In this document: positions 33,196 to 44,244 of the stretch, piece by piece
Position numbering within the stretch: position 1 is the first letter of the stretch
Layout: each line of letters opens with the position of its first letter
Assembly (NCBI GenBank): GCA_030068145.1
Contig: JAPJBO010000158.1
Location: forward strand, 181,818 to 245,817
Length of the DNA: 64,000 nt
DNA from: Diplonema papillatum
Taxonomy: Eukaryota
Direction: 5' to 3'
Notes under the pieces: generated by a model
What the model was told of the DNA's origin: nothing
The model's database searches: none
The model's input: the letters and a program-made list of their open reading frames with translations, nothing else
Position numbers and translations under genes: made by a program

Positions 33196-35135
33196 GAAAA
33201 CATCCAGTCACACGGGAAAGAGGTGCTCTATATACGCCTTGTACATGTGTGTGTGCACGGGACGAGGTGCCTCATACATGTGTGTGCACGGGAAAGAGGT
33301 GCTCCATTTAACGCCTTGTACATGTGTGTGGTGCCTCGTACATGTGTGGGCACGGGAAAGAGGTGCTCCATTTAACGCCTTGTACATGTGTGTGTCACGG
33401 GAAGAGGTGCCTCATACATGTGCGTGCACGGGAAAGGTGCTCCATTTCCGCCTCGTACATGTGTGTGTGCACGGGACGAGATGCCTCATACATGTGTGTG
33501 CACGGGAAAGAGCTCCATTTAACGCCTTGTACATGTGTGTGGTGCCTCGTACATGTGTGTGCACGGGAAAGAGGTGCTCCACTTAACGCCTTGTACATGT
33601 GTGTGTGCACGGGACGAGGTGCCTCATACATGTGTGTGCACGGGAAAGGTGCTCCATTTCCGCCTCGTACATGTGTGTGTGCACGGGACGAGATGCCTCA
33701 TACATGTGTGTGCACGGGACGAGGTGCCTCATACATGTGTGTGCACGGGACGAGGTGCCTCATACATGTGTGTGCACGGGACGAGGTGCCTCATACATGT
33801 GTGTGCACGGGAAAGAGGTGCTCCATTTAACGCCTTGTACATGTGTGTGCACGGGAAGAGTTGCCTCATACATGTGTGTGCACGGGACGAGGTGCCTCAT
33901 ACATGTGTGTGCACGGGACGAGATGCCTCATACATGTGTGTGCACGGGACGAGGTGCCTCATACATGTGTGTGCACGGGAAAGAGGTGCTCCATTTAACG
34001 CCTTGTACATGTGTGTGCACGGGAAGAGGTGCCTCATACATGTGTGTGCACGGGAAAGGTGCTCCATTTCCGCCTCGTACATGTGTGTGTGCACGGGACG
34101 AGATGCCTCATACATGTGTGTGCACGGGACGAGGTGCCTCATACATGTGTGTGCACGGGACGAGGTGCCTCATACATGTGTGTGCACGGGAAAGAGGTGC
34201 TCCATTTAACGCCTTGTACATGTGTGTGCACGGGAAGAGTTGCCTCATACATGTGTGTGCACGGGACGAGGTGCCTCATACATGTGTGTGCACGGGACGA
34301 GATGCCTCATACATGTGTGTGCACGGGACGAGGTGCCTCATACATGTGTGTGCACGGGAAAGAGGTGCTCCATTTAACGCCTTGTACATGTGTGTGCACG
34401 GGACGAGATGCCTCATACATGTGTGTGCACGGGACGAGGTGCCTCATACATGTGTGTGCACGGGACGAGGTGCCTCATACATGTGTGTGCACGGGAAAGA
34501 GGTGCTCCATTTAACGCCTTGTACATGTGTGTGTGTGTGTGTGCACGGGACGAGGTGCCTCATACATATGTGTGCACGGGAAAGAGCTCCATTTAACGCC
34601 TTGTACATGTGTGTGTGTGTGCACGGGACGAGGTGCCTCATACATGTGTGTGCACGGGACGAGGTGCCTCATACATGTGTGTGCACGGGAAAGAGGTGCT
34701 CCATTTAGCGCCTTGTACATGTGTGTGTGTGTGTGCACGGGACGAGGTGCCTCATACATGTGTGTGCACGGGAAAGAGGTGCTCCATTTAACGCCTTGTA
34801 CATGTGTGTGCACGGGACGAGATGCCTCATACATGTGTGTGCACGGGACGAGGTGCCTCATACATGTGTGTGCACGGGACGAGGTGCCTCATACATGTGT
34901 GTGCACGGGAAAGAGGTGCTCCATTTAACGCCTTGTACATGTGTGTGTGTGTGTGTGCACGGGACGAGGTGCCTCATACATATGTGTGCACGGGAAAGAG
35001 CTCCATTTAACGCCTTGTACATGTGTGTGGTTCCTCGTACATGTGTGTGCACGGGAAAGAGGTGCTCCATTTAACGCCTTGTACATGTGTGTGTCACGGG
35101 AAGAGGTGCCTCATATATATATGTGCGTGCATAGT
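33196..35135. repeat. minisatellite: 31-bp unit (gggacgaggtgcctcatacatgtgtgtgcac) and 46-bp variant (gggaaagaggtgctccatttaacgccttgtacatgtgtgtgcac), about 50 copies
   Basis: Read directly. It begins about 55 bp after the MVP stop codon. The Cys/His-rich ORFs across it (33599..34708 and others) are repeat artefacts. Confidence 0.9.
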
Positions 35136-36359
35136 GGCGAGGTGACATGCATGTGTGTCATGGGTGATGGCAGAGTGTCGGAATGAGCACCCGTAACGAC
35201 AAATTGATCAAGCAAGCAAATGACAAAATCGTCCACCGCACAAAAAAATGCTGCAGGTACCTCATCACGGATGGCAACTCTCCGATCAACTTGTTCAACA
35301 CGGCGGGTGGCATGATCGGAGGCGCGCAGTAGGCAGGCTCGTCGTTGCCCCCTGTTTTTATACGCGTCGCAAAGGCTGCTAGGCTGGGATAGGTGCGCGA
35401 AAAGCCCTGGCACCCGGGCAGGCGCCACCGCGGCTTGCATACGTCGGAGTGCACCCGACAACAGCGGCGAAGACGAAGAAGAGGCCCCCTTCCCTTGTTT
35501 TAGCTCGTTTCTCGCGGGGATAGGTTTGCGGGGGGTGGGGTGCTTAGCTTAGTGTTCGGGCAGAACATGTTTGATGGGTGCAGGAACGTGCTTGGGATAG
35601 TATGTGCTCAACACCATGTCCTAGTAGTACGAAGATTCTTACGCAACGGGCAGCAGAGAAGTCGGGGGCAAAGAAAAGACCAGCCGAAGCGTTGTACCTA
35701 CAGTCAAGCAGGCGTGTTAGGCGAGCCCGAGTGGAGAGTGAACGGTCGTTCAACACGACGAAGTCCACGGCAGGTTGCTGAGAGTCAACCGCATCAGTGA
35801 GCGACCGTTTTCACTCGACCCCAACAAAGCTGGCGGCCGTGTTTTGCGCCACTTGCTCTCATCCCAGTACCTGAAAGAGGTTGTGGCTGGAGTTTTGACG
35901 GACGGCTCGTGCTTCAGGTGCGCGGCAATCCGGACTGCCACGCGCAGACGAATGGGCGTTGCTCGTCCTGCAGAACCTCTTGGAACGACGGCTTGGATGC
36001 CAACATCCCCACCACCAGAAGAGATTGTCTCTCAGAGTCGCACACGCCCCCAAACCTGTTGCAACCATCTTCGGCGGTTCTGAACTGCCCCAATCAATGC
36101 AAAGGAAAAAAAAATATGGTCTTATTCTCTCTTCCTTCGCCTTCCTCTTATTTTCAATGGGTGATCGGCCAGGCGTTTTCTTTGTTTTCTCCTAATTTCC
36201 TTTTCCGCTTAACAGTTCGCCTGTGCTCTTTTTTTGCGGTCTCCAAACGCGGCGTTGAGCACATGACCATTCCAAGTTGATTTTCTTTGGCAATGTGGAC
36301 AGGACTCATTTGCACGTTCGCATGAACAGCGCGTTTCCCTTCAAGAACTGTCTTCAACC

Positions 36360-36560
36360 AGTTCCTTTTTTTTTTTTTTTTAGCCACATGCAATGTGTGA
36401 GGAAACTGAACCGCTCAAGTAGGACCTTCTGATCATGATCATTTGCCAAATTTGCCACCTGAAACCACGTCCAGGATTTGGGCTCAGGGTAGTGCGGTCA
36501 ACGAAAACTCTAGTTTCCCTTTCTACTTTCTCCTACTCTCGCGGTGTACGGTTTTTTTTG
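36360..36560 (+). mobile_element. SINE-like family B copy (T-run at the 5' side)
   Basis: (t)14agccacatgcaatgtgtgaggaaactgaaccgctcaagtaggaccttctgatcatgatcatttgccaaatttgccacctgaaaccacgtccaggatttgggctcagggtagtgcggtcaacgaaaac is about 90% identical to 61325-61510. A partial copy lies at 42290-42345. Confidence 0.65.
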
Positions 36561-36727
36561 GGAAATTCTCGAGGAGGCCGCCGGCTGCAAAAATCTGCAA
36601 GCAGGAAATGCGCCGTAGCGGACGACGTACACCAGGTGACCCCATGAGCATTCGCCGCAGCTTCATGGTATCTGGCTTCAAAAGAGGGATTACACACGTG
36701 CACACAAACAATCCTCGTCCCCTCTTC

Positions 36728-36880
36728 TTCTTTTTTTTGTATATGCACCTGCTTTGTAGGAAATACGTGAGGAGACTTGCCAGTTGCGGGCGTAAGTGTT
36801 CAACAAGACCCACTTTGTTGTGTGTGCTGTATTCGAAATAAGCAAGGCAGTCCCTCGAGTATTTTCTGTTAAGGTATGCA
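36728..36880 (-). mobile_element. SINE-like family A copy (partial)
   Basis: ...gcacctgctttgtaggaaatacgtgaggag...gggcgtaagtgttcaacaag...ggcagtccctcgagtatttt. Confidence 0.5.
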
Positions 36881-37299
36881 ATCCTGGGGACTAGTTGCCA
36901 AGACCTCTTAACTTTGCTGCCGCTCACGATTGTGGGTGTGTCGGAAACCCTGACCGCAGCACCGTTTGTTAGAAACTATTCTCGTCTCCTGCGGATTGTG
37001 AAGTGTGTTGCCCCCTGGACATTCTTTCCCCTAGGGGGTGCTGTTACATCGGCGTTGTGGCTTATGAGCCAAAGAACAACGTTGCTACGTCACAATCAAA
37101 CCAATTTAAAAAAGAAGAAAAAAAGACTTCAACTAAAAGAAGAAGACGGAAAAAGCAGCTCGCACCGGCGACACCCGGTCATGTCCAAGCGCCGAGCCCA
37201 AGGCACGCCACACTTTGATGCTTTGAAACGGAAAATCGGGTAGGCCTGTGGCTCGCGAAGCTTGACTCGCATGTAGCGGTCTCACCCGCGCTCGCAAAA

Positions 37300-40200
37300 A
37301 AGCGAAGTTGCACTCTAGCAACCAGTCTCAATACTGCACCACCAAACCCTTGTCTAGAACCGAGTTTCATTTCTACGGACCTTAAGAAATGGGGAGATGA
37401 GACCGTGAGTACCCCAAATACGACACAGGGTAAAAACCAGGGACGCCGATTAACTGGCACATCTTGCTGCTGGGCCAGACCAGACGAGTTCTGAAACCGC
37501 TGAAGTCCATCTACGACACCCTCGTCAGGCGGTTCAAGCTCCCCCTCGGGGTCGGAAAGGAGTTTCAGGTGACGAACGGCATTCTGCAAGGGTGCCCTAT
37601 CTCGGTCATCCTGATCAACGCGCTGCTGTCAGTGTTGATGAAGGCGGTAAAAGTCGAGGCACCAGGCGTGTCGACGCAGTCGTACGCAGACGATGCGAAT
37701 TTGTTGGCGAAGCACTCCGAGGCAGATCTGCAACGGGGCGCGGACTTAGTCGATGAGTTCTGCGCGCTGACCGGCATGTCGCTGAACATGGAGAAGACGG
37801 TAACGTTCGCGACGGGGCTGGGCCGTAGGACGAAGATCTTCCGCAGCAGCACGGGCGAGCAGTTCGCACAGAAGGAATCGCTGAAGTGCCTGGGGGCTAA
37901 GGTGAGCACCTCACGCAGCGGCCGCGACCACTTTGACTCTTCCCGGTTTGAAGCAGCAGCAACCACAGCTCGGAACCTACGGCACGTCCCAATTCCGAGG
38001 CAGCAGAAAACCCTCATCGTTCAATCAGCCATCCTGCCCGCCGCTCTCGCGAGAATATCGTTCGCGCCCCCTACGACTGAAGCCGTGGAGAAGCTGGCGA
38101 CAGCGTTAACGAGAGCGATCTGGGGGCCGAAGAATCCGAAGCGCTCCTCGGAAGTAGTCTTGGGAGTCCTCGAAAAAGCCCACTTGACGCACCCTGCGAC
38201 GGCGACGGCGTACCGAATAACCGCGGATTTCTACAGCGCCTGTGGGAGACTGCCGCACCTGATGCCGCTGATGACGGAAGTCCGGCGCCTATACGGCGAA
38301 CGAGTGACCGCAGCCCTTGGCCCGGTGGGAACCGCGGTAAGGCACGGCCTGCAACCCTGCGGCCACACGTGGAACGGCGGCCCGCCGTCGTCCGTCAACC
38401 TGGACGGAGCTGCACTCCGACCCCTGGCAATGTCCGCCTCCTCGCGAAATCACATCATCCGCGACAACCTGCGGAACCGACTGTGGAAGCGGTTGGAAAC
38501 ACGACGGCCAAGCTTCTCCGGCATCACCAACATCGCGATCGAGTCCACCAACGCTCTATGGACAACGCGCCACTGTCCGCCCCAGAACGCGCTGCTGATC
38601 AGGGTTGCCCTCGCAGGTGGCGTGAACACCGCCGAATACACGTCGAGATTTCGCCAAGGCGGAAGCCCCGCCTGTACGTTGTGTGGCTCGGGAGCATTGG
38701 AAGACGAGCACCACGTCTACTGGGATTGCACGGCCTTCGAGAACATACGCACGAAGCCCGAGTACGCGGGGATCGCACAGTCCGACAGGAGGCTCTGGCC
38801 GAGCTGCCTGCGGGAGCACGGAATCGTGACGCCGGCGACACGGGAATTTGCCGGGCCGGTACAAGCGCTGATGGCAGAGATCCTGGCGGAGCGGGCGCGC
38901 CGGATCAGCGTTAGATGGCTAGAACGTAAGGCGGCGACCCCCTGGGAGCGCTGCGCGCAGATGCCAACGGCGAAACGCGAGTTCCCGTTCCGGCGCATCG
39001 CCCCGGCCTGGGCGTGGCTACGCTACTGGGACGAAGGGACATTCCTGGCAGCGATCGACTGGCTCTCGGGCCTCGAATGGTCATCGGATGGCGACATGGC
39101 AGCGGTAGAGGCAGCTATCGACTTCGAGCTGTTCTCGGGCCTCGACATCAAGGCACCTAGCAAGGCGGCCAAGACGCATCGGGAGAAGGCCAACGGGATG
39201 CGCTGCATGTTGAGCGCAATCAACAAGCTGGCCGTGCAACAACAACTCGGCAAGTGCCTCCCTGGCGACTTCAAGTCGAAAACTACAGCCTTGTCGTTCA
39301 TAGGCCTGAGCAGCGTACCCGGCTTCCAGCCCCGGCCCCGCCACCGCATGCCCGAAACCGGGCCGACCATCATGCAGCAGGTGAAAACCGGCTACGGCAC
39401 AGCGCCGGCGTACCCGCCCGAGCGGACGGACAGAGCGCGGCGATGGGTAATCCCCAGAGCGCCACTGGCCAACCCGGATCCCCTGCACCTCCCACACGCA
39501 GTGCCGGAGGCGACGAAGAATGCCCCCAAGTGCGCTACCCATCACAAAGGGAAGTGCGCAGTCTGTCGCGCACTCGGACACCACCACGGCCCTACGGTGG
39601 AGGCATGTTGCCGACACCACCACGCCGACAACGACGGCTTACCTCCGGCCGTCTGCGACCGGCACCGCATGACGAGATGCGTGGAGTGCAACACGCCAAC
39701 AGCGTGCTGCAAGGCCGGCCACCATGACTGCCGCGAACACGCCCGCGGTCCGTGTGACGACTGCCGCGGCTTACCGACGCTAGCGGAACGGCGGCCGTCA
39801 GCCTGCTGCAAAAAGGGCCACCACGTGCCAGCGCCCCCGAAGCCAGCCCCCGCTAAGCCGAAGCCAACAACGCCGCGGAAGAAGGGCCGACAGAAGCCGA
39901 CGACACCACCGCGCATGAAGAGGACGCGTCAAGCGTCCCCAAAGGCGGCCAAGATGGCGAAAAAGCACGCTCCGACCGAGCCGGCCCGAGCGACACCACC
40001 AAGGAAGGGGCAGAAAAGAGCCCGACTCCCGACACCACCGAATGACCCGGCGGGAAAACCCGGAAAAAAGCACGCGGCGCGAAAGCGCAACATTTCGAGA
40101 ATGGAGCTGGATATCACCAGCCCTGCCACCTCGACTTCATCCTCATCCATGTCAGGATCGCCCCCTCGAGCGACTGCTTCGGCAGGACAGCCGGCGCGAA

Positions 40201-40365
40201 AGCGCAACAAACGAAGAATGGAGCTGGATATCACCAGCCTATTATCACCGTCCTCGTCCGCTTTGAGATCGTCCTCGGACGACGTATTCAAATAACCCTA
40301 GCCTATGACAAATGCAAGCTTACCCCTGTGGTACCTGCATTTCAAGTTCACACTGCTCAACATGC
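37300..40365 (+). mobile_element. 5'-truncated non-LTR retrotransposon (LINE): partial RT, zinc-knuckle, long Cys/His- and Lys/Pro-rich C-terminal tail; no poly-A
   Basis: ORF 37464..40295 carries RT motifs FQVTNGILQGCPISVIL and SYADDANLL but lacks the upstream RT motifs and any endonuclease. The 3' end is set by comparison with the fragment at 32048-32232. Confidence 0.8.
37464..40295 (+). CDS. LINE ORF2-like polyprotein remnant (reverse transcriptase C-terminal part + CxxC...HHxxxxC zinc knuckle + basic tail)
   Basis: YADD box; CTLCGSGALEDEHHVYWDC. The tail contains a tandemly duplicated RKRN..RMELDITS unit. Confidence 0.75.
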   Translation: MLLGQTRRVLKPLKSIYDTLVRRFKLPLGVGKEFQVTNGILQGCPISVILINALLSVLMKAVKVEAPGVSTQSYADDANLLAKHSEADLQRGADLVDEFCALTGMSLNMEKTVTFATGLGRRTKIFRSSTGEQFAQKESLKCLGAKVSTSRSGRDHFDSSRFEAAATTARNLRHVPIPRQQKTLIVQSAILPAALARISFAPPTTEAVEKLATALTRAIWGPKNPKRSSEVVLGVLEKAHLTHPATATAYRITADFYSACGRLPHLMPLMTEVRRLYGERVTAALGPVGTAVRHGLQPCGHTWNGGPPSSVNLDGAALRPLAMSASSRNHIIRDNLRNRLWKRLETRRPSFSGITNIAIESTNALWTTRHCPPQNALLIRVALAGGVNTAEYTSRFRQGGSPACTLCGSGALEDEHHVYWDCTAFENIRTKPEYAGIAQSDRRLWPSCLREHGIVTPATREFAGPVQALMAEILAERARRISVRWLERKAATPWERCAQMPTAKREFPFRRIAPAWAWLRYWDEGTFLAAIDWLSGLEWSSDGDMAAVEAAIDFELFSGLDIKAPSKAAKTHREKANGMRCMLSAINKLAVQQQLGKCLPGDFKSKTTALSFIGLSSVPGFQPRPRHRMPETGPTIMQQVKTGYGTAPAYPPERTDRARRWVIPRAPLANPDPLHLPHAVPEATKNAPKCATHHKGKCAVCRALGHHHGPTVEACCRHHHADNDGLPPAVCDRHRMTRCVECNTPTACCKAGHHDCREHARGPCDDCRGLPTLAERRPSACCKKGHHVPAPPKPAPAKPKPTTPRKKGRQKPTTPPRMKRTRQASPKAAKMAKKHAPTEPARATPPRKGQKRARLPTPPNDPAGKPGKKHAARKRNISRMELDITSPATSTSSSSMSGSPPRATASAGQPARKRNKRRMELDITSLLSPSSSALRSSSDDVFK

Positions 40366-40775
40366 ATGCGCGTGGGGGGCCCAAGACTAAATTCAAAGCG
40401 AATTTCTTCTTCGTGTCGGTCGCAACACTTACAAACATGGCTAGCCGTAGTTAAAGTGTATAAGCATACCTACTACCCGCATACCACCCGCCTCACAGCC
40501 TCAATGGTCAACCGGAGACCCTAAACACCGAACCTCTAAACCACAATAAACGCTAAAAGATCACTGACAAACGATCCTTGGGGGGTATCTGCCGTTTCGA
40601 GTAACCGAACGCGGAAGTACAGCTAGCTAGTATTGTTCGCAACCTCTCCTTTCCCTCCATTTTTCCAACAAACACACGTCCTCCCGCTCCCGGCTTGGCA
40701 AAAAGAAGAACAGCAACAGCAAATAATACAAAAAAGGAAACGTCCAGCGGCCCGAACTCTTCTTCTTTTTAATTT

Positions 40776-40795
40776 GTGTGTGTGTGTGTGTGTGT

Positions 40796-40832
<37 letters not shown>
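40776..40832. repeat. (GT)n microsatellite
   Basis: read directly. Confidence 0.95.
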
Positions 40833-40833
<1 letters not shown>

Positions 40834-41175
40834 AATCCCTTTCTTTCCGTTTCTGGTCTTTCGAGCTTCTGGACCGCTTGTGGCATGGATTGCAGTGGGT
40901 GAACTCAGGACTAAAAGGCAGGAAAAGGATAAAGCACCGTTATGGGAAGCGGCCGGCCGGCAATACAAGGAGAAGAGGGCCGCGTGGGCGGCACACGGGT
41001 AAGGGGGAAGGGGGAGTACAAACAGCGGAGAGGGAAACAGCCTGGATGTTTGCGTTATACTACCCCTGTCCAACCTCTTAAAGAGTGGAACTAGGAGGCA
41101 TCGCGTACGTCAAATGGTGGAAACGGAAAACGGGATTCCACTAGACGCGCCTTCGGCGCTCAAGCAAGCTTGCTA

Positions 41176-41216
<41 letters not shown>
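41176..41216. repeat. (TG)n microsatellite
   Basis: read directly. Confidence 0.95.
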
Positions 41217-41218
<2 letters not shown>

Positions 41219-41644
41219 GAAGTTCTTCTTGACCTAAGGGTATAACCCACGGGCCACTTTCACAAGTCGGATTTGAGCTTCCGACACGCTGCTTTTGAAT
41301 CCTGTGACAGTCTGACTCCTCTCCGAAAGGGTGGATCCTTCGGGGGACGAGGTTGTCAGCTTCTCCATCCGGCACTTGGCTGAAGACTTCTGTTTTCATC
41401 TTGCGCTCTTGCTGTTCGGCCCCGTGCCACAGCTGAATGTCTTTACAAAGGCGGACCATCTTCCGAAGATGTGGCAAGCTCACTCAGTGCAATGAGCTTG
41501 GGCTGACTAACTGAACTCCTCCGGGTGCAAGCACCCGTCATAGTCGGCGCGTCAGGCTCACACTTCTAAGTCAAGTTCTTGTCCAGGCGTCCGAGAAAAT
41601 AGGGCATCACATTCCCAGCGAAGTGCAATGCTAACCCTTGAGTA

Positions 41645-41693
41645 TGTGTGTGTGTGTGTGTGTGCGTGTGTGTGTGTGTGTGTGTGTATGTGT
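41645..41693. repeat. (GT)n microsatellite
   Basis: read directly. Confidence 0.95.
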
Positions 41694-42544
41694 GTGGGAG
41701 GGGCGTCTGTTTTCATTGCTTCGACATCGTTCGACTACTTGGGCTCTTGTCGCCGCCGCGGGGCTTGCGCGTATCTTTTTGTTTCATCCTCTCTTGCGAA
41801 CACATGTTTTGGCGGGGTTTGGCTGCGGCGGCGCATGCGCATCATGTGTCCTTATGCAAACTCGGAACAGAAATCGTTGCTCGATACCCGATCCTCGCCT
41901 ACGAACGCATGGGCGACAGAGAAATGGCCGCAAGCCCGTTGCTTTTGGACCCTCTGATGTCGGCTCGTCCTGGCCTAGACGAGCAGAATTGTCTAAGGGC
42001 TGGTTCAACACCCTAACGTGAGCTGGGTGTAGACCATCAACCGTAGTTTAGCCCCCCTCAACCCATTTTGATCTTATCCCTCAAACCCAGCACCAATAAC
42101 AACGACGTCAGACACCACTTCAGTGCCGTCAGGCTTTAGCGAAAGTTTTTCGAGTGGGGCCCACCGTGGGAAGATCATTTTCTCGCAGCTTGTGCAGTTT
42201 GGATGAGGGGTTGTGGGTTCGGATCCTTGTCTTTTTTAGACGACAGTTTTCCTACACGTCGTCAATTCTTCCACATTCCAGTGTGTGACGAAACTGAACC
42301 GCCCGAGTTGGACCTCCGATCATGATCCAAATTCCACCTGCAACCACGAATTTACAGTGTCAGTGCAAACGACTAATCGGGTCCTGGCCGAATCCAACCC
42401 AGAGCTGACCGGATCTGGGGAGTTCTATATACTGCTCAGCCCATCATACTCTCCAGGAGGAAACATACAAGTCGAAAACGTATGGCGCTTTCTTTATTTG
42501 ACGTGGGCGGCTTTAGATTTACATCTGAATGACACCTCAATACA

Positions 42545-42702
42545 AAAAAAGTTGTCGACAACTAACAAGTAAAAGAATAAAACAAAACTACGCGTTTCTT
42601 TTGTATCTGGCGGAACTCACCTGCTCAGGCAAGTCTCGTGTAGTACGCTGCCAACGACTAATTTTAGTAACGTTTGCCAAAATGCATTGTTACCACAAAA
42701 AA
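42545..42702 (-). ncRNA. SL-RNA-like element, copy c (intact CAG|GTGAGTTCCGCC donor), divergent to and ~85 bp upstream of the FMO start
   Basis: The minus strand reads ...cgttactaaaattagtcgttggcagcgtactacacgagacttgcctgagcaggtgagttccgccagatacaaaagaaacgcg... Confidence 0.3.
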
Positions 42703-42786
42703 ACAGGCAACAGAGAGACCCACACACACACCGCGGTCAACTCGGTTGATCTGCCGAGGAAAAAAAAAAAAGGAAAAAAAGGAGAA

Positions 42787-44244
42787 ATGGCACATCAAGA
42801 CAGCGAACACCTCGATGTCATAATCGTGGGGGCGGGGCTGTCCGGGGTCGATGCAGCGTATTACCTGCAGAAGATGTGCCCGCAGAAGACGTACGCGATC
42901 CTTGAGGGGCGGGCGGCCCTGGGCGGCACGTGGGACCTGTTCAGGTACCCGGGGGTTCGGTCGGACTCCGACATGTTCACCCTGGGCTTCTCCTTCCAGC
43001 CGTGGCGCGATCCGACGTCGATAGCGGACGGCGGCAGCATATTGGAGTACATCCGCTCCGCCGCGGAAACCCAAGGCATCGACAAGAAAATCAGGTACAA
43101 CCACTGGGTGAAGTCCTCGTCCTGGAGTACGCCGGAGGCCCGCTGGACCCTCTCCGTCAAAACGGCGGCCGGCGAGGTTCGGCTGACGTGCCGGTTCCTC
43201 GTAATGTGCAGCGGGTACTACAGCTACGACAAGGGGCACACTCCGGCGTTCAAAGGAGCCGACCAGTTCGGGGGCCGCATCGTCCACCCGCAGCAGTGGA
43301 CCCCCGACATTGTGTACGAGGGCAAGAAAGTGGTCGTGATCGGCAGCGGGGCGACCGCCGTGACGTTGGTGCCGTCGCTCGCCGAAACCGCGGAGCACGT
43401 GACGATGCTGCAGCGGTCGCCGACGTACATCGTCCCGCAGCCGAAAACGGACCCTCTCGCGGCGACCCTCTTCAAGTGGCTCCCCGCCAGCTGGGCCTCG
43501 TTCCTCGCGCGCTGCAAGCAGATCTTCATGTCGCAGTTCGTGTACTGGATGTGCCTGATCCAACCCGCGAAGATGAAGGCGGAGTTCCTCGGCTTCGCGA
43601 AGCGGAGCCTGGGCGGCGACGCGGAGATGGTCGCCAAGCACTTCACGCCGTCGTACAACCCGTGGGACCAAAGGATCTGTCTGGACCCCAATGCTGTCTT
43701 TTTCAAGTCGATCCGAGCCGGGAAGGCTTCGGTTGTGACTGAGGAGATAGACCGGTTCGTGGATTCGGGTGTTAAGCTCGTGTCGGGCGAGGTTTTGCCC
43801 GCAGACCTCATTGTGACGGCGACCGGCTTGGACATGGTGGTGTGGGGGAACATGGCCTGCGAAGTCGACGGGAAGTGCGTCGTGTCTTCTGACATCATGA
43901 CCTACAAGGGCATGATGTTTACGGGCGTCCCCAACTTGGTTTCTATCTTTGGATACGTCAACGCGTCTTGGACGCTCAAGGCCGACCTCATCTGCGAGCA
44001 CACCTGCAGGTTGATCAACTACATGGATTCGCACGGGTACAAACAGTGCGTCCCGCGGTGCGACGACGAGGAAGTGCAGCAGTTGCCGCTGTTCACGCTG
44101 TCCTCCGGGTACATGCAAAGGGGGAGGTCCATCATGCCGAAGCAGGGCACCAAAGCGCCGTGGACCATCAACCAGAACTACTTCCGCGACCTGGTGGCTC
44201 TCCGGCACGCAACCGTTGCGAATGATGCCTTGAAGTTTGCTTGA
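42787..44244 (+). CDS. flavin-containing / Baeyer-Villiger-type monooxygenase (bacterial-type class B FMO), single exon
   Basis: 485 aa. FAD GxGxxG motif IIVGAGLSGV. A second nucleotide-binding motif VVVIGSGATAV. An FMO-like ...DLIVTATG...GNMA... region. Uninterrupted ORF. The antisense ORF 42664..44208 is spurious. Confidence 0.85.
   Translation: MAHQDSEHLDVIIVGAGLSGVDAAYYLQKMCPQKTYAILEGRAALGGTWDLFRYPGVRSDSDMFTLGFSFQPWRDPTSIADGGSILEYIRSAAETQGIDKKIRYNHWVKSSSWSTPEARWTLSVKTAAGEVRLTCRFLVMCSGYYSYDKGHTPAFKGADQFGGRIVHPQQWTPDIVYEGKKVVVIGSGATAVTLVPSLAETAEHVTMLQRSPTYIVPQPKTDPLAATLFKWLPASWASFLARCKQIFMSQFVYWMCLIQPAKMKAEFLGFAKRSLGGDAEMVAKHFTPSYNPWDQRICLDPNAVFFKSIRAGKASVVTEEIDRFVDSGVKLVSGEVLPADLIVTATGLDMVVWGNMACEVDGKCVVSSDIMTYKGMMFTGVPNLVSIFGYVNASWTLKADLICEHTCRLINYMDSHGYKQCVPRCDDEEVQQLPLFTLSSGYMQRGRSIMPKQGTKAPWTINQNYFRDLVALRHATVANDALKFA

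Noticed and set aside
33599-34708. 369-aa Cys/His-rich ORF (CVHGTRCLIHVCARDEVPHT...) and similar ORFs across 33.2-35.1 kb
   Set aside because: The reading frames run through a 31/46-bp minisatellite. The periodic Cys/His is simply the translation of TGT/TGC/CAC repeats.
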